Of a stretch of DNA of 45,310 nucleotides, positions 42,604-45,310 are shown piece after piece (position 1 is the stretch's first letter; each line of letters opens with the position of its first letter). Source of the stretch: Monosiga brevicollis MX1 (lineage: Eukaryota); the NCBI RefSeq assembly GCF_000002865.3, contig NW_001865087.1:88269-133578 (forward strand), written 5' to 3'. The notes under the pieces are model-generated. The model did not search any database. It was not told where the DNA came from and saw only the letters and a list, made by a program, of their open reading frames with translations. Both the position numbers and the translations under genes were made by a program.

Positions 42604-44951
42604 CTACACGATTTTATTGGCTTGCTGTTGGGCTGCCAGGGCAAGCGACCACGGGTATTCGGGCTTGTCCTAGGACGACGCAAATCAGTGGAGCACCCAC
42701 CGGGCACAGACACACCACGGTCAATTCACTTGAATGCACAAGAGGTGCCAAGCGACAGATTGCCGACGATGAGCGAGATGTGTCAACAATACCTGCGGCG
42801 CCTCGTAGTATTCCTGAAAGGCCAAGTAGAGCGTGCCATTTTCGGTCCTGAAAGCGCCGGGCCCGGGCAAGGTCTGCATCGAGGCCATAAGCAAGCATGA
42901 GCAGGCCATGCTTTCAGCCCCCAACGGTCGAGGCTGTGCGCACACTCGGAACTCTTTGAAATCAAGTCATTGAGATGTCCCACCTCGGGGTCCAGACCAT
43001 CCCCTTGGTCAGGTGTGGGCAGCTGCAGACAACGAGTAGCCTGCTCCAACTGTTCCTGTCGCCGTGACATCCGTGGGCTACTGGGGCTAGATTGCATCTT
43101 GGGCACTTCCAAGCTCCCAAAGCTGCCTCCATCCCTGTCGCCCAGACGCAAACCGCGCAAGCATTGAGGTTAAAGCTCCCCCCTATAAAAAAAAAAAAAA
43201 AACCAGGCGCCTCGTTCAAACGCGCGCCAGCTCATACATGATCATGACACGCTCGAGTGAAGAACGCGACGGCCGGAGTCCTGCGCCTGCACCATCAAAC
43301 CGGCCCTCCCTACAAACCGCCACAAAGGGTTTCATGTTGACACAGGCCGGCGCGGTGTCCACCCCAGCCATGCATGGACTTGGTGCAAGTCGAAACCTAC
43401 GCGCCACCAGCTCTGTCGGTGGGCTCTGGTGTGAGACTGAGCTGCTCCATGGGCACCAATTCGCTACGAGAATGATTGGGGCTCTTTAAGCAAGCCACCC
43501 GGAAGGATTGTGCACATTGTGACCATCACAAACAAGTGGGTGTCGGGTGAGGCGGGCATGCGCGAGCGAGCCAGGGTGCATTTTGAACGATAAACGCGCT
43601 CACACGTAGTTCTCCGTGCTCAAAGCTTGCACTTCGATTCAATTCGAGAGATCCCAAGGTTTGAGACCGCTTGCGCGAGTTTGCCTTGCGTATGCATACA
43701 GGGCACGAAAGAACGTGTGAGTTGGGGGGGGGGGGGGGAANNNNNNNNNNNNNNNNNNNNNNNNNNNNNNNNNNNNNNNNNNNNNNNNNNNNNNNNNNNN
43801 NNNNAATTTGGGGGGGGGGGGGGGAGGTAGGGCTCTTGTCTTTCCGTCTTGAAAAGAGGATCCTACCCTCAAGGAGGCGACGCGCTGGCGTGGCGCCGGC
43901 AAGGCCGGACCGTGTCGCCGTATTGCGCCCAGCCAAAGGCTCTCTTCGGTTAGCTTGAGGAGGGCCAAGTGCGTCAGGCCCGCAACAGAGTCAATTGCCT
44001 GTTGCAATGAATCCATCGTGAGGGCCACTCCTGTGCCAGTACAGACCCCGTTTTCAAATGCAATAGAGCCCAGAGAAAGAGGGTCGATACCTGGGGCTGA
44101 GGCACATGACGGTAAAGGTGACCGAGAAGTTGACCCCCTGTGTCTCGGCCAAGGCCAGGCGGGGGCGAAGCGAGCACCGTGAGGAATGAGCGGGGTTGGC
44201 ATTGGGTTTAAGAACCACGTGTCGTCAATGGGTCTGTGACAGGGTGTTGGCCGGGATGCCGAGGCATGTCGCACCAAGCAAGAGCTCCAGGGTATGGCGG
44301 CGTTGGCCGACCATTACATCTTGGCGCGGACCGTTGAGGAGCTGGATAAAATCCCGCTCAAGAACCTGTACAACACCCGCCGTGTAGCTGCGGACAAGAT
44401 CGCGCGGCAAAGCTTCCGGGGTGTGGTGGGAGCCCAGCTCATCCTGCCGCGTATTGATCAATGCACTTGGTCAGATGGCAACTTTTCATGGCAGAAAAAC
44501 ACATTCACATGTATCTGGACAAGTGGCCTGCTTCGGAGAGCTCCGGAAAGCAGTGGCTTGATGCGCTGAAACAACACATCAAGCACGCTCAAGCAGGAGG
44601 CAAGAGGGAAAAAAAAGGCAAAGCACAACGAGGCGAGACGAGGCAGGGCCAGACACCGGGCGACACGCGTCCCAGCGCCCCTCAGCGCCCCAGCGCCCCA
44701 GCGTCCCAGCGTCGTTTGGACCTACCGGGTCGTGGGTATGACGAAAGAGTGTGAGGAGCGACTCGCGCAACGGTTGGGACGTCTCCAAGACCGTCAGCAC
44801 CACGTTCAAGGCGCGATCGCAAAGGCAGTCTCGGATGTCATCACTCAGAAAATGGCGCATGGCTTCCACGCTCTCCGATGCACTAGCGGGGATCATCCGG
44901 TTTTGGCTGAAAGGCCTCGGTGAGTGTACCAAACAAGAAACCAAGTCAGGG

Positions 44952-45007
<56 letters not shown>

Positions 45008-45138
45008 CGCGCACCATCAGAGGTGTGAGGCTTTGAGGCTTTGAGAGTCGGCTACTAGCCGTCCACGGGACTGACTCACCCATGATGGAGTTCAAGATGC
45101 AGCGCCCATAGTTCCTCGTTGGTGCCGTGGCGAAACAT
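42604..45138 (-). CDS. Hypothetical multi-exon protein, no recognised domain
   Basis: A chain of GT-AG-bounded exons joins in frame (..[24 protein letters not shown]..; [17 protein letters not shown]..; [21 protein letters not shown]..; ..[35 protein letters not shown]). Both ends are uncertain, and the N gap lies in a predicted intron. Confidence 0.5.
43741..43804. other. Assembly gap (64 N) flanked by poly-G runs
   Basis: N run with G runs at 43724-43738 and 43810-43824. Confidence 0.99.
44953..45005 (+). repeat. (TG)n microsatellite
   Basis: Direct reading. Confidence 0.97.
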
Positions 45139-45310
45139 GATTCAGCCCTCAACTCGCCACCCCCCACCCGTCGCGACGGGCGGCGCGACCGCTCTGCAGA
45201 TCTGTGTCCGCTCAACCTTGCCACCCGATGATACCACTCCAACCCAAAACCAGACTCCTTTGACTACCACCACAACGACCACACCCCACCGCACACGCTA
45301 CTCCAGCCCA

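Noticed and set aside
43724..43824. Poly-G runs flanking the gap as element termini
   Set aside because: Most simply a homopolymer that stopped sequencing inside an intron.

Overview
Eukaryotic, gene-dense DNA with short (about 70-200 nt) GT-AG introns, abundant microsatellites and one N gap. Tyrosine kinases, SH2, PTP and PDZ domains in this compact layout point to a choanoflagellate, most like Monosiga brevicollis (inference). I spliced the genes by hand. In order: (1) a minus-strand single-pass receptor pseudo-tyrosine-kinase with a tiny ectodomain, duplicated YVN/YMN motifs, a Q/P/G/Y-rich tract and a C-terminal PDZ domain; (2) an unexplained low-GC island; (3) GSK3 with an animal-type RTTSF inhibitory site; (4) an ABCG half-transporter; (5) PLK1, head-to-head with (6) PINX1, with an E2F/CDE-4 nt-CHR composite element on the PLK1 sense strand between them; (7) a protein with a split SH2 domain, TPRs and an MSS51/ZMYND15-type C-terminal domain; (8) a classical PTP with SH3 and three NPF motifs; (9) a Venus-flytrap receptor tyrosine kinase; (10) CIAO1; (11) an unknown multi-exon gene. 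Genes 7-9 form an adjacent phosphotyrosine reader-eraser-writer trio. Domain calls come from motif recognition, not database searches. No CRISPR array, tRNA, rRNA or intact mobile element was found.
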